Notes under the pieces: generated by a model
Databases searched by the model: none
What the model was told of the DNA's origin: nothing
The model's input: the letters and a program-made list of their open reading frames with translations, nothing else
Position numbers and translations under genes: made by a program
Assembly: GCA_963719505.1 (NCBI GenBank)
Contig: CAVRCF010000002.1
Location: 192,001-256,000, forward strand
Direction: 5' to 3'
Length of the DNA stretch: 64,000 nt
Source: Halobacteriovoraceae bacterium
GTDB lineage: Bacteria > Bdellovibrionota > Bacteriovoracia > Bacteriovoracales > Bacteriovoracaceae
In this document: piece by piece, positions 1 through 10,182 of the stretch
How the letters are laid out: the number at the start of each line of letters is the position of its first letter
Position numbering within the stretch: position 1 is the stretch's first letter

Positions 1-453
1 CAACGAACGGCTTTTAGAAAACTTCTCAAAAGCTCCACAGCTAGTGAACTTGCAACATTTTTTGCCAACCCAAAACTTCTAAGCGCCGGTTTACAAGGAG
101 AGGGTGCAAATTTTGCGATGAACTGGGAAGAAAATGGGGCAACTATTGGTCTTCTCGCTCTTTTAATGGTGGGAGCTATTTTTCTTATTTTAGATGCTAT
201 CAAGCACATGAAATATGAGTTTTTCACTTACAGAAGTAGTTATGGTGTTGGTTGTAATGATTTATCTTCCGATGAGAAAAATGAACTCGATAGAGGAGCG
301 CTAAGAGATTGTCGAAATAATGCCGCTCATCCAGAGACTTGTGAGCAGTCTGATTTTGGATCGAGAACTTATAGAACAGACTACGATGATGGATCTTACT
401 ATGAAGAGCCATATTGTGAGTCTGAGTACCGAGCGCTTAGAAAACTAGACTAA
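1..453 (+). CDS. Hypothetical membrane protein, 5'-partial (host gene upstream of ssrA)
   Basis: The frame of ORF 118..453 is open back to base 1; one hydrophobic segment followed by a Cys-containing tail. Confidence 0.6.
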   Translation, partial: QRTAFRKLLKSSTASELATFFANPKLLSAGLQGEGANFAMNWEENGATIGLLALLMVGAIFLILDAIKHMKYEFFTYRSSYGVGCNDLSSDEKNELDRGALRDCRNNAAHPETCEQSDFGSRTYRTDYDDGSYYEEPYCESEYRALRKLD

Positions 454-462
454 TTTACAATC

Positions 463-483
463 GGGGGCAGACGCACTGCCCTC
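463..483 (+). terminator. GC hairpin, probable terminator
   Basis: GGGGGCAG-acgca-CTGCCCTC just after the stop at 453; no clear U-tract. Confidence 0.45.
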
Positions 484-548
484 AATGTCTATAATATTAC
501 ACTTTTCATTAATCCCTTGCAGTGGTATTCTACACTTCACTTTATTTT

Positions 549-920
549 GGGGGTGCCCTGGTTTCGACAGGGGCGCGCAAAAGACTGAGTGCGTGTCTAG
601 GTTGGTCAGCGGGCCTAGTAAAAAGCCGACCAAATTTAGTTGGAAACAACGAATACGCAATGGCTGCATAAGACTACGTTTTATAGCAACATTTGAGGGG
701 CCTATACCGATAACAAAAGATAGGTAAAGAGTTCGAACTGGGAACTCCGTAATCTAAACTAGTGGAGAAGAAGCCGGGAATATCTCCTTAAAAAAGCCAC
801 CGGGTTTTGTGAAATTGACAAATTTCTCACAGCCGTCACTTGCTCCAATGTGACTACACACGTAGTACTCTTTTCTGGATCCGCTCTTGGACGTCGGTTC
901 GATTCCGACCACCTCCACCA
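549..920 (+). ncRNA. ssrA: tmRNA (tag reading frame 642-671, GNNEYAMAA*)
   Basis: 5' GGGGGTG...GGTTTCGAC; 3' T-arm GTCGGTTCGATTCCGAC, then CACCTCC-ACCA pairing with the 5' end; internal GGA AAC AAC GAA TAC GCA ATG GCT GCA TAA. Confidence 0.97.
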
Positions 921-1030
921 CTCAACCCGAGTGGTGGGTCTCACCCCAAAATAAATAACTTTAAGTAATTTAAATTACTTATAAAACCAATGCCAACAGG
1001 ACTTTAGCTCAACCGCTTCTTTCATCACTA

Positions 1031-1086
1031 TAAATCACAGATAATCACATACGTTGTGCTACTTAAGTGCTCCATTTGTGCTACTT
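1031..1086 (+). repeat. Tandem direct repeats, probable integrase arm-type / Xis binding sites of the left att region
   Basis: TAAATCACAG/ATAATCACAT (1031-1050), then three 11-bp units TTGTGCTACTT-AAGTGCTCCAT-TTGTGCTACTT (1054-1086). Confidence 0.6.
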
Positions 1087-1206
1087 CGATTTTTACCATC
1101 CATATTTTATGACTACACAGGTAGTTTAAACCCGCTAATTAGAGTGTAACTCTATAATTTTATGGGGACTAACTGTGTAGTTGAAAAGAACATCTTTAAC
1201 CTTTAA

Positions 1207-1572
1207 TTGGAGATGTTTATGCAACAGAAAAAAAGAAAGTACAGAAGAAGTGATGACAAGGTTATTACTAAAGAAGCCGGAGTCTTAAAGTACTTAAGAG
1301 AGACGAGAAAGATACCTTTAAGAAAGGTGGGATTTCTTTTAGGTAAGTCAGGAACTTGGGTAAGTCATGTAGAGCATGGAAGAATTGATCTTGATCCTAA
1401 AAAGATACTAAGTCTTCTAAATATTTATCGATACAAGTATGAATATTTTCTGGAGCTAGTTAATGGAAGTAGAGTTATGCCATCAAACACTTACGCTGAG
1501 TGTGTTGAGATTTTAAAACGTCTGGATAAAGAAAAATTAAAAACTGTGAAAGCAATTTTAGAAAGCTTCTAG
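1207..1572 (+). CDS. XRE-family HTH transcriptional regulator
   Basis: LKYLRETRKIPLRKVGFLLGKSGTWVSHVEHG is an HTH_3 pattern. Confidence 0.85.
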   Translation: MEMFMQQKKRKYRRSDDKVITKEAGVLKYLRETRKIPLRKVGFLLGKSGTWVSHVEHGRIDLDPKKILSLLNIYRYKYEYFLELVNGSRVMPSNTYAECVEILKRLDKEKLKTVKAILESF

Positions 1573-1937
1573 GCTAAATTATTAGAGGGCTATGGTTATA
1601 AGTTCTGAACTCTACGTACAATTTTTTGTTTTATAATTATTATATAATTCGGAGTCTTTTTTATTCTAATGTTTTTTGTAACCTATTAGGATGAACTTTG
1701 AAGAGTAATAAATCAGGAAATATTGTGAATATAGGCGCACTTAGTTTCTGAATAGTACTTTAAGACTTGAATATTATGCTTAGAATTACCTTAAAGGTTT
1801 TGTCTGTTTTCTTCTGACTTAGCTTGTTCGAAAGGGCAAATATGTATTTTTCTACAAGATTCCCTTTCATCTTTAATTTTTGTTTCAAAAATGTCATATT
1901 TGCTTAAAACCTCTTGGTGAGGATTTAGGTAGGAGTT

Positions 1938-2864
1938 ATGAGCTTGAAGAATTTTATTATTTTTATTAGTTTTCTTTTAATTTCCCAAGTGTGTAATGCA
2001 TCGACTAGAGTTATAGGAATATATGATGTTGAGGTTACAGATAAAGATGGTAGAGACGTATTAGTTTTTGCTACCAATGGTCAAGTTTTCGAATTTAATG
2101 ATGTAAACGAACTCCGTTTGCAACAGTTAAAGTTGGCAAAAGAGCACAAGGAACAAGTAACTATCGAAATTACTGACATCTCTCATTTTGAGGATGTTCT
2201 AGGCTTGAGAAATAACATCACTGAGATTCATCGGATAACTCCTGTTAAGAATTCTTCTAAAAGATTAAGTAATAGTTTTAAAAATGATTATACCCCTGCA
2301 ATGATTGAGAATGATTATGTAACTGATTTTCTAAATGATAGTGAGCTTAGTGTTCTCTTTAGAAAAATGCGAAACAACAACTCCAAGGATTCTCAATGTT
2401 ACAATAGGGCTCATATTTGGGCGTATGAGATGCGGAGAAGTACGGAACGCAACCGAGTTGTGCAACCAGGTAAGATGTGGCTATATTTTACAAAAAAATA
2501 TATTATTGAGTACAAATTTAAATGGTGGTTCCATGTTGCACCTTACGTTACCCTTCGGGGCCAAGAAACTGTCTTAGATAGGAAATATCTCAAAGAGCCT
2601 ATCGACTTGAGAGGATGGACCGATTTCTTTATAAAGCCTCGCTCCGAATGTCATTTCATTAAAAGATATTCCGACTTCGAAAACAATCCTTTAGATGGTG
2701 CAGATGATTGTTTTGTTATGAAAACAAGTGTTCATTACTATCAACCTTATCAAATGGAACTTCTAGAGAAAGGTAAAAATCCTGAACAAAAAAAATGGGA
2801 ACCATGGGAGCTTAAGCAAGCCTATAAAGATAGTTTAGGTACAAGCCGCTATCCTAGATTATAA
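1938..2864 (+). CDS. Secreted protein-glutamine glutaminase family protein
   Basis: Signal peptide; CYNRAH and WWFHVAP motifs plus downstream VLD, matching the Cys-His-Asp triad of protein glutaminases. Confidence 0.75.
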   Translation: MSLKNFIIFISFLLISQVCNASTRVIGIYDVEVTDKDGRDVLVFATNGQVFEFNDVNELRLQQLKLAKEHKEQVTIEITDISHFEDVLGLRNNITEIHRITPVKNSSKRLSNSFKNDYTPAMIENDYVTDFLNDSELSVLFRKMRNNNSKDSQCYNRAHIWAYEMRRSTERNRVVQPGKMWLYFTKKYIIEYKFKWWFHVAPYVTLRGQETVLDRKYLKEPIDLRGWTDFFIKPRSECHFIKRYSDFENNPLDGADDCFVMKTSVHYYQPYQMELLEKGKNPEQKKWEPWELKQAYKDSLGTSRYPRL

Positions 2865-3216
2865 AAAAAAATAATTTGAAGATTAACAAAGAAAAGTAAA
2901 ACAGATAATGGGAAGAAAGCGAATGCTTAAGCCTCGGACAAGTAGCTAGTTGGGATACGTAATTAACTAGAATGTGCTAATTTTGAAATAATCTTAGATT
3001 AATCGCTCAGCACATTGGGTATCAATGTAGCTCTTACAAGTATTTTTGATTTCTTACTAAAATGTTCCTATCTGGTTTGGGAGGTAGAGGTTCAAATCCG
3101 TTTAGAAACATTATTCGTTGGGAGGGCTTTTATTCTATATTACTAACTTTAATTTCTAGACTCTACCCATTGTTAATCAAATATATGCGAACCTACAAAG
3201 CAAGAGGATTTATTGA

Positions 3217-3852
3217 ATGAACAAAGAGAAAAAGTCTTACGAAGATATTAAAAGAGGCCGTAGGGTGGAAATTGCTAGCCTTATATATAATACTGCAGAA
3301 GTGGGTGTTTCTTTAACTGTAGGATTCTCTACAGGCAGTGCTGCCTTAATTAGCTGGGGAGTTGATAGTATTGTAGAAGGTAATTCAGCTGCATTTATGA
3401 TCTGGCGTTTAAAAGGTGAAATGGATGAATTGCCTGAAAAAGAATTGTTAAAACGTAAAAAAATCACACTTGGAGTTTTGTCAGCTGCATTTGCAATCGC
3501 TGCTTTATTTATTTGCTACGAAGCCTTTAAAAAATTTTCGAATGAAGGAACCAACTCATTTTCTTGGTGGGGAATTGCAATTCTTGCAACTTCATTAATA
3601 ATTAACCCACTTCTTGCTTGGGGTAAGTACTTCTATGGGAAAAAAACAGGTTTGGAAACCTTGAAATATGATGCGATTGATACCATGATTTGTGAATATC
3701 AAACGATAGTAGTTCTTGTTGGAATTGCTTTAACTCAGTGGCAAGGCTGGTGGTGGGCCGATCCCGTCGCTGCTTTGTTGATTGTTCCATATGTGGGGTG
3801 GGAGTCTTATAATGCAGGCAAAGATGCTCTGAGCGTTTCTATAGGTGATTAA
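3217..3852 (+). CDS. Short cation-efflux (CDF-like) transporter lacking the C-terminal domain
   Basis: Several TM helices; GSAALISWGVDS and WWWADPVAALLI motifs. Confidence 0.8.
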   Translation: MNKEKKSYEDIKRGRRVEIASLIYNTAEVGVSLTVGFSTGSAALISWGVDSIVEGNSAAFMIWRLKGEMDELPEKELLKRKKITLGVLSAAFAIAALFICYEAFKKFSNEGTNSFSWWGIAILATSLIINPLLAWGKYFYGKKTGLETLKYDAIDTMICEYQTIVVLVGIALTQWQGWWWADPVAALLIVPYVGWESYNAGKDALSVSIGD

Positions 3853-3969
3853 AGATATTAGTCGGGAATAATTGTGTAGTAAGTGTTTTTACAATAGGCT
3901 TTATTGCAAATTTTTATTACAGTAAATCTAACTATTTATGTCTACAAGCGATGTAAATACTTTATAGTA

Positions 3970-4000
3970 CTGCTAATCCCAATAGGCTTCAAACCTCCTA
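3970..4000 (+). repeat. 31-bp direct repeat, copy 1
   Basis: CTGCTAATCCCAATAGGCTTCAAACCTCCTA, identical to 61416-61446. Confidence 0.9.
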
Positions 4001-4427
4001 ATTAAATTTTCCAAAATTCAGCTGAATTTGCCCAAATTCAACTATAAACCATCGTTTACTCACATAATTCACTGAAAATACCGTTAATCCAGTAATGCTC
4101 CTACGAATTTTCGTCCTATGCCGTTGGGATGAAGAGTAACGGTCGTCAAAGCTGATAGAATTAACTTCTTGGTAGCATGAGATTGGCAGAGTAGAATTAA
4201 TTAAGATACATAATTACTTCATCGTTTTCCCTATTTATTTAGAAAGTTCACTCTTTTTTCAGTACGCTGCTGCAATTTATGAAAGCCCGTAGGTTTTAAT
4301 ACCTTAAAAAGCGTCTAGAGCAGTACTTTAAAGCCTTCTATAACTGACTTACTTTGTTGAGATGTAAATGTTTCCGTATATATAAATTAACATAAAATGG
4401 GAGATAATATCATTATGGAGGACATTT

Positions 4428-5288
4428 ATGTATAAGATTTTAACCATTATCATTTTATTTCAATCATCAATATTATTGGCTCATGAGGCAAGCTGTAAAC
4501 TTCCGAAAGATGAAATTTTAAAAATTGGGTGTTCTACAAAATGTAAATATTTCTATAAAAAAGCTCTAAAACGTTTTGCTCGTAAAAAAGGATATCGATT
4601 AGAAGTTGTTGATATGTATAAAGCAGGTTTATCAAAAAACTTACAGCAACTCGATGGTATTGTCATTCCAGGGGGGGCAGATATAAACCCAGACCTTTAT
4701 AAGTATAAAGTTGAAGATGATCTCAAGGCAAGAATCGAAGAGTTAGACGGTTTCGTTGATTATAGTTTAGAAGGAGAAAGAAGAGATCCTTTTGAATCTA
4801 AAATTTTGAAAAATTACTTCAAAGACGATGATAATAAAACTCTACCACTTCTTGGTATTTGTCGAGGAATGCAAATGCTTGCTGTATCTCAAGGTATTCC
4901 ACTATATGTAGATATTAAGACAGAACTGGGCATTAAGAATAGAAGGTACTTATTTGATAGAGTTTATATTGAGGATAAAGATAGTCTTTTAAAATCAATT
5001 CTACGCTTCAAAAGCTTTCTTGGTTACAAGTATCACCATCAGGGTGTTAGAGTTGACTATTTTAATAGATATAAATCTGAACGATGGCCTGATATTGATA
5101 TAACATCTTATTCCAATAATAATACAATTGCTGAGTCATTAGAGTTTAAAGATAGACCGATTCTTGGGACTCAGTTTCATCCAGAAATAGATTTTTGGTC
5201 TGAAAGAAAGCGAATTTTTAGTTGGTTGTTGAATGAGTCTTGTGAAAATAAGAATAAAAAAATAGCTAGAAATATGTCGAGAAAATAA
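4428..5288 (+). CDS. Peptidase C26 / gamma-glutamyl hydrolase family (class I glutamine amidotransferase fold), with signal peptide
   Basis: IPGGADINP, LGICRGMQ, HHQG and QFHPE motifs. Confidence 0.88.
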   Translation: MYKILTIIILFQSSILLAHEASCKLPKDEILKIGCSTKCKYFYKKALKRFARKKGYRLEVVDMYKAGLSKNLQQLDGIVIPGGADINPDLYKYKVEDDLKARIEELDGFVDYSLEGERRDPFESKILKNYFKDDDNKTLPLLGICRGMQMLAVSQGIPLYVDIKTELGIKNRRYLFDRVYIEDKDSLLKSILRFKSFLGYKYHHQGVRVDYFNRYKSERWPDIDITSYSNNNTIAESLEFKDRPILGTQFHPEIDFWSERKRIFSWLLNESCENKNKKIARNMSRK

Positions 5289-5527
5289 AGATTATAATAA
5301 ATAAATTAAACTTGTTTGTTTTCTAAGTGGACAGAGGAAGATAAAAATCTTGGAATTTACTAAAACTAAAATCTAATATCATCTACATATAGTGACTTGA
5401 AGCAAGTTTTTGATGTCTCGGAATTATTGGCATCATCGAATTAAACATTTAACCCAAATAGGTGTTATTTAAGATAATCACGTATAGAGTGTAAAATATT
5501 TATACACTTTATATAAAAATTTTATCT

Positions 5528-5568
5528 ATTACTCTCAAGTATTGCTTTAAAAGCAAATATAGAGTAAT
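5528..5568. promoter_or_regulatory. Nested inverted repeat upstream of the czc-like operon, candidate operator
   Basis: ATTACTCT (5528-5535) / AGAGTAAT (5561-5568) flank TTGCTTT-A-AAAGCAA (5542-5556). Confidence 0.4.
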
Positions 5569-5578
5569 TTAATTGAAT

Positions 5579-5902
5579 ATGAAAACTTTATTCACTTTTT
5601 TACTTATATTTACGATCTTCAATGATTTTACATCCGCTTCATTTACTGAAGTGAGTGTAAGTCATTTAGAGTCACAAGTGAGTTGTGAAGAATCAGATTT
5701 TCATTCTTCTGAAAATAATCACGAAGACCACGATCATAAAGAACATAATTGCCACTCTGGACACTCACACACTGTGATTATAGTGTCAGAATCTTTTGAT
5801 CTAAAACCATCGTTATCAGAATTATATTTAGAATACCCACTCTATCAGGCTGGTAATCTACTTACCTTTATATCTAACATTGTTCGTCCTCCGATTGCTT
5901 AA
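5579..5902 (+). CDS. His-rich secreted small protein ending RPPIA; candidate regulatory leader (CzcI/DUF2946-like position)
   Basis: Signal peptide, HEDHDHKEHNCHSGHSH tract, C-terminal VRPPIA; first gene of the RND operon. Confidence 0.75.
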   Translation: MKTLFTFLLIFTIFNDFTSASFTEVSVSHLESQVSCEESDFHSSENNHEDHDHKEHNCHSGHSHTVIIVSESFDLKPSLSELYLEYPLYQAGNLLTFISNIVRPPIA

Positions 5903-5946
5903 TTAAACCCAGTTTTACGTTTAATTAATTGATTAAGGATAAATTT

Positions 5947-7172
5947 ATGTATGCACGTATTGTGTTAGTATTAGTACTTTCGAGTAGTACCTTACTTTCT
6001 GCTGAAAAATGTAACATCGAAAATATTAAAGACTTCTATGATAGAGTTAAAACTAGAGGACCTCTCTTAAATGAAGCAATTAAGAAGAAAGGAAGAAGTG
6101 TCTTCTAGTGTAGATGTTGCGAGTCAAAGGCCAAATCCAGAACTTGATCTAGAGTATCTTAAAAGGCGATGAGTTTGGATTAGATGTTAACACTGTCTCT
6201 TTGACTGCTAAGCATGTCATTGAATTTGGTTCAAAAAGAGATAAAAGAATCTCCAAAGCTAAAAACTACACTCAAGCTTAGAAATGCACAGATTGAAATG
6301 TCCCTTTTTAATTCTAACTTAAATGCCTCTATAGATTATCAGAGAGTTGCTCAGCTAAACGTAACAATTGCATCTGTAAAAGAAGCTATTCAGACATTTG
6401 ATAAAATCATTCGAAAGTTATCATCACGAAAAAGATTAAACCCCGAAGAAACAGTCTCGCTCTCAACTCTTCGCTTAGCTTCAAATGATTATAAAGCTCA
6501 GCTAAATGATTTAGAAAACGAAAAGACCTTACTCGTTGGTAAAATAAACTTTTTGTCAAGTTGTTCTAAAGTCAACCCTAAGTATTACTACTTAAAATTT
6601 AATAAGATTGAACTCAACTCAGTTGAGCACCAAGAAATGCGGATTATTGAATTTAGAGGATTTAAAAGTTGACTTAGAATTGGGAGAGCTAGATGTTCAA
6701 AGATCACTAGGGTATTCAAATATTTCTGTTGGACCAACAGTTCAATATCAAGGTCAGGGAAATGATGAATTTATCTCTGCGGGTGTTGCACTAACTTTTG
6801 ATTTACCAATATTTCAAACAAATGATGGTGGAAAACTTAAATGCTTTAAAAAAGTTATCTGCTCAAAAATTAGAATCTGAAAATGAAAAGAGGATGTTAA
6901 GAATTGAGAAGTTGAACCTAATAGAGAAATTCAAGAGATCTTTAAATACATTATCAAGGATGCCTAAGCTTGATGAAATAGAGTCTGAGCATAGAAAAGT
7001 TGAAAAACTCTTTTCGAGAGGTGTTGTATCAATCTCTATGACTATAGAGTCGCATCGGCAACAAATAGAATTTTTAAAATCACGTTTTGAAACAGAAAAT
7101 GATGTTTTAAGCACATACGGAAAAATAATATTAATAGATGGAAATATATCAGCTTTTGAAGAGCTATTATAA
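5947..7172 (+). CDS. TolC/CzcC-like outer-membrane efflux protein, split by several frameshifts
   Basis: Starts MYARIVLVLVLSSSTLLSA; RPNPELDL motif; ORF fragments 6214-6672, 6608-6880 (GVALTFDLPIFQTNDG) and 6798-7172 join into one protein. Confidence 0.75.
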
Positions 7173-7184
7173 TTAGGAGTTTTT

Positions 7185-7826
7185 ATGAAATTATTAGCAT
7201 TACTTACACTTACCATTTCTCTTTTCTCATGCAGTAAAAATGGAGATGGTCGAATTGCAGAGCAAGAAGATATCAGAGCTAGAGAGCAAGTCGAAGCCCA
7301 GAATGAGAACCAAGAGAATTGGTCGAGAAAAATGGAGAAAGACCTCAATGAAAGAAAGCATTTTATTAAGGCCATTGAAGGAGTATTTTCTGGGGAGCTA
7401 ACTGTAGAAAATATTGATTTCGATATTAAAGCAGAAATAGCTTCAAGTATTCCAATTGTTTTTTCTGATAGATCTCGAACATTAGATGAAATTAATTATG
7501 AACTTGAGAATTTGGCATTAAACTTACATATCAAGCTTGAAAACCCTAGAGTTCCTAATAGTGCAGTAAGTTGTACTATTGAAGGCTACAAACCAGATGT
7601 AGAAAAAGGTTTAATAAAAATCATTTCAGAGTCTTGTCGAAATATATTTAAACTATTTTTATCTGATGACTTAGCAAACACAGAGCCTGTTGTTGTCAGT
7701 AATAGAGCTACTGAGCTTGCAAGAAGTGCTAGCCAAAATGAAATCACTCAAATTGATATTTTAAGTGGCTCATTTGAATCAAGCGTCAGTACTACTGAAT
7801 ACCAATTTAAGTTACAAAGGAATTAG
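7185..7826 (+). CDS. Hypothetical lipoprotein
   Basis: Lipobox LFSC; AGGAG RBS; within the operon. Confidence 0.75.
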   Translation: MKLLALLTLTISLFSCSKNGDGRIAEQEDIRAREQVEAQNENQENWSRKMEKDLNERKHFIKAIEGVFSGELTVENIDFDIKAEIASSIPIVFSDRSRTLDEINYELENLALNLHIKLENPRVPNSAVSCTIEGYKPDVEKGLIKIISESCRNIFKLFLSDDLANTEPVVVSNRATELARSASQNEITQIDILSGSFESSVSTTEYQFKLQRN

Positions 7827-7828
7827 AA

Positions 7829-9082
7829 ATGAAAATATTATCAATAATATCATTTATCTTTATTATTTCCTTCGCTCAAGCTGAGGAAAAGACTGTTACT
7901 TTGGAAGACGTAGCATCAGCGGTAAAAAAGTCTAATTTTACTGTAGTTGAAAATGCAGAAAGAGTTTATCAAGCTAGAGAGACTATCGCTTTTAGTAAAA
8001 GAAACCTTCTACCTCGATTAAACTTTTGGAACATTTTAAAAGTCGCTATCGATCCACTATCGGCTATTGATATAGTTCAGGATATAGCTCCATTTTTAGT
8101 TCCTAATAACTGGTTCAGAGTTTCACAAAACAAGCTATTTTATCTTGCAAAAAAGGAACAGTACAGAGCTCTATGGGCCAATGAGGTTATGACGGCTAAA
8201 CTTCTTTATGTAAATACATTAAGAGATATGGATTTCATGAAACTGCTCAAAACTCAAAAAGAACAAATTGATGAGCTTGTAGAGATTGTTAAAACAAGAG
8301 CTGTTTTTGGAGATGTACCTGCGCAAGTATTGAATTTTCTCAAAATTAGAAAGATGGAAGTTGAAGAGGATATTAGGTCTTTGGACACCATTATCTTTGC
8401 TGAGACTAAAGCTATCTCTTTGATGATTGGAGTTCCACAGGAAATAGAATTGATTTTAAATAATATACAGCTTCCTAGAGTTGAAGAATTAGATGAGATC
8501 AGCTTCGATACATTCATTTTTAGAGCACTTGATAATGCACCTGAGCTTAATCAATATAAATACATCAAAGAATCTCTTCGATTCATTAGAAAAGAAGCAT
8601 ATTTTTCTTTTATGGGGTCATCAACAACGGCAAGAGCAGCTGGAGGAGGAGTATTTAATAATATTCCAATTCAAGATGGCTTTGGTTTTGGACTTGGAAG
8701 TACTATAAGGATTGCAAAATCTGAATCTCGTATATTAGATATTAATGCTAAAGCGACTAAAGAGGTTATCAAGAAGAATTTGTATAATTTAGTCTATAAT
8801 TTCAATTCTTATATTCAAAACATCGAAAATCAAAATGAGCGCTTTACTTTGGCAGAGAACAATTATGAAACTCTAAGGACTCAACTTGTTCTCGGTATGA
8901 ATCTTGATCCAATACAAATGCTAACTACAATCGACAATCTTTTTGATGCTTCTTTATCAAGTGTTAATTATAAGTATGAAGTTGTGAATACTATTGAAAA
9001 ATTAAAAAGATCAATTTTTAATGGTGACTATTCCAAAAAAGAGGGAATGTTAGAGTCTGTGATTTTAGGAGAAGTTAAATGA
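7829..9082 (+). CDS. TolC-family outer-membrane efflux protein (second copy in the operon)
   Basis: Signal peptide, TLEDVASAV...LLPRLN, ALDNAPEL, helical OEP-like repeats; 417 aa. Confidence 0.7.
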   Translation: MKILSIISFIFIISFAQAEEKTVTLEDVASAVKKSNFTVVENAERVYQARETIAFSKRNLLPRLNFWNILKVAIDPLSAIDIVQDIAPFLVPNNWFRVSQNKLFYLAKKEQYRALWANEVMTAKLLYVNTLRDMDFMKLLKTQKEQIDELVEIVKTRAVFGDVPAQVLNFLKIRKMEVEEDIRSLDTIIFAETKAISLMIGVPQEIELILNNIQLPRVEELDEISFDTFIFRALDNAPELNQYKYIKESLRFIRKEAYFSFMGSSTTARAAGGGVFNNIPIQDGFGFGLGSTIRIAKSESRILDINAKATKEVIKKNLYNLVYNFNSYIQNIENQNERFTLAENNYETLRTQLVLGMNLDPIQMLTTIDNLFDASLSSVNYKYEVVNTIEKLKRSIFNGDYSKKEGMLESVILGEVK

Positions 9083-9552
9083 AGTATATATTATTATTAG
9101 TATTTGTCTTAGGGTTCAGTTCTTGTCGATATCAGACAACATTTTCTAATCTACAAGATTTAAAAAAATCTAAAGAGAAGGTTGAGCTAATCTCTAGTCA
9201 AGATCTAAATACAGAAAACCAAGAGATATTGAGAAATTATTTCTCTCAAATTAAAAGTATTACCTATGAATATTTAAATGATTCTAAAATGCAACAATAC
9301 ACTCATCGAAAATTCGCAAGATACTTTCAAGAGTCCCTTTGTAATGAAATTCTTCTCGATATAAAAACACTTAACGAGATAAACTCTAAATGTAATGTGA
9401 ATAGCTTCTACATTTGTTCTGAAGAGGTAAGGTCTTATGTTTCAATCTTAAAAAAGGCCAAAACACTTCTGAGTGAGTATGAAACAGAGAGAGTTGAAGC
9501 AAGTAAAAGCTGTAAAGATAAACTCATTGGTTTAGGAGTTATTAATGAATAA
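9079..9552 (+). CDS. Hypothetical Cys-containing lipoprotein
   Basis: Lipobox FSSC; overlaps both neighbouring genes. Confidence 0.7.
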   Translation: MKYILLLVFVLGFSSCRYQTTFSNLQDLKKSKEKVELISSQDLNTENQEILRNYFSQIKSITYEYLNDSKMQQYTHRKFARYFQESLCNEILLDIKTLNEINSKCNVNSFYICSEEVRSYVSILKKAKTLLSEYETERVEASKSCKDKLIGLGVINE

Positions 9553-10174
9553 GATAAGCCTAATACTAATTTTAATGCTTACTATTGGGACAACTTTTGC
9601 CAATGAATCTAGTGAAAAAAGTAAAGATCACTCTTCTCACGATCATGGAGAGGAGACTAAAAGTAAAGTAAAGAAAAAGAAGCATGATGATCACGACTCC
9701 CATAGTGATCACTCAAAGCATGAAGGTGAAGACTCTCATGATGATCACTCGGATCATGATGACCTTGAAGGTAAAGGTGCACACTCAGATCACGATGACC
9801 ATGATGATCATGGTGGTGGAAAGGCAATCGGCAAAGGAAAGGCTATTGAGTCAGTAGATGAAAAGAAAGGATTTAAACTGTCTAAAGAGGCGATTAAAAC
9901 ATTAGAGCTTAAGTTACAGACTGTTGATGGTGATGAATTCACTATTACTAAAACAACTCTAGTAACGTCCAAGTCTGTAAAAGGCTTATATCGGTTCCGT
10001 GGTGGTTTCTTTAAGTTTATGACGGTTAAGCTTTTAAAAGAAGTTGATGGTAAATACCTTGTTAAGGTGAGTGGCGTTGAGTTTGGTGATCAGATTGTAA
10101 CTAATGGAACAGGTCTGTTGAGAGTTACAGACGTTTACTCTACCGATACTTCAGAATACGGTCATTCTCACTAG
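9545..10174 (+). CDS. His-rich periplasmic protein with a truncated RND adaptor (CzcB C-terminal-like) domain
   Basis: Signal peptide, long His/Asp tract, VSGVEFGDQIVTNG, C-terminal GHSH; immediately upstream of czcA. Confidence 0.7.
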   Translation: MNKISLILILMLTIGTTFANESSEKSKDHSSHDHGEETKSKVKKKKHDDHDSHSDHSKHEGEDSHDDHSDHDDLEGKGAHSDHDDHDDHGGGKAIGKGKAIESVDEKKGFKLSKEAIKTLELKLQTVDGDEFTITKTTLVTSKSVKGLYRFRGGFFKFMTVKLLKEVDGKYLVKVSGVEFGDQIVTNGTGLLRVTDVYSTDTSEYGHSH

Positions 10175-10182
10175 GATTATTA

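Noticed and set aside
445-944. ORFs 445..669(-), 485..727(+) and 759..944(-)
   Set aside because: They overlap the tmRNA gene and are shadow ORFs
9625-9812. Repetitive GATCAT/CACGAT DNA (also near 37321-37396)
   Set aside because: It encodes His/Asp tracts; there is no repeat-spacer periodicity, so it is not a CRISPR array or independent repeat
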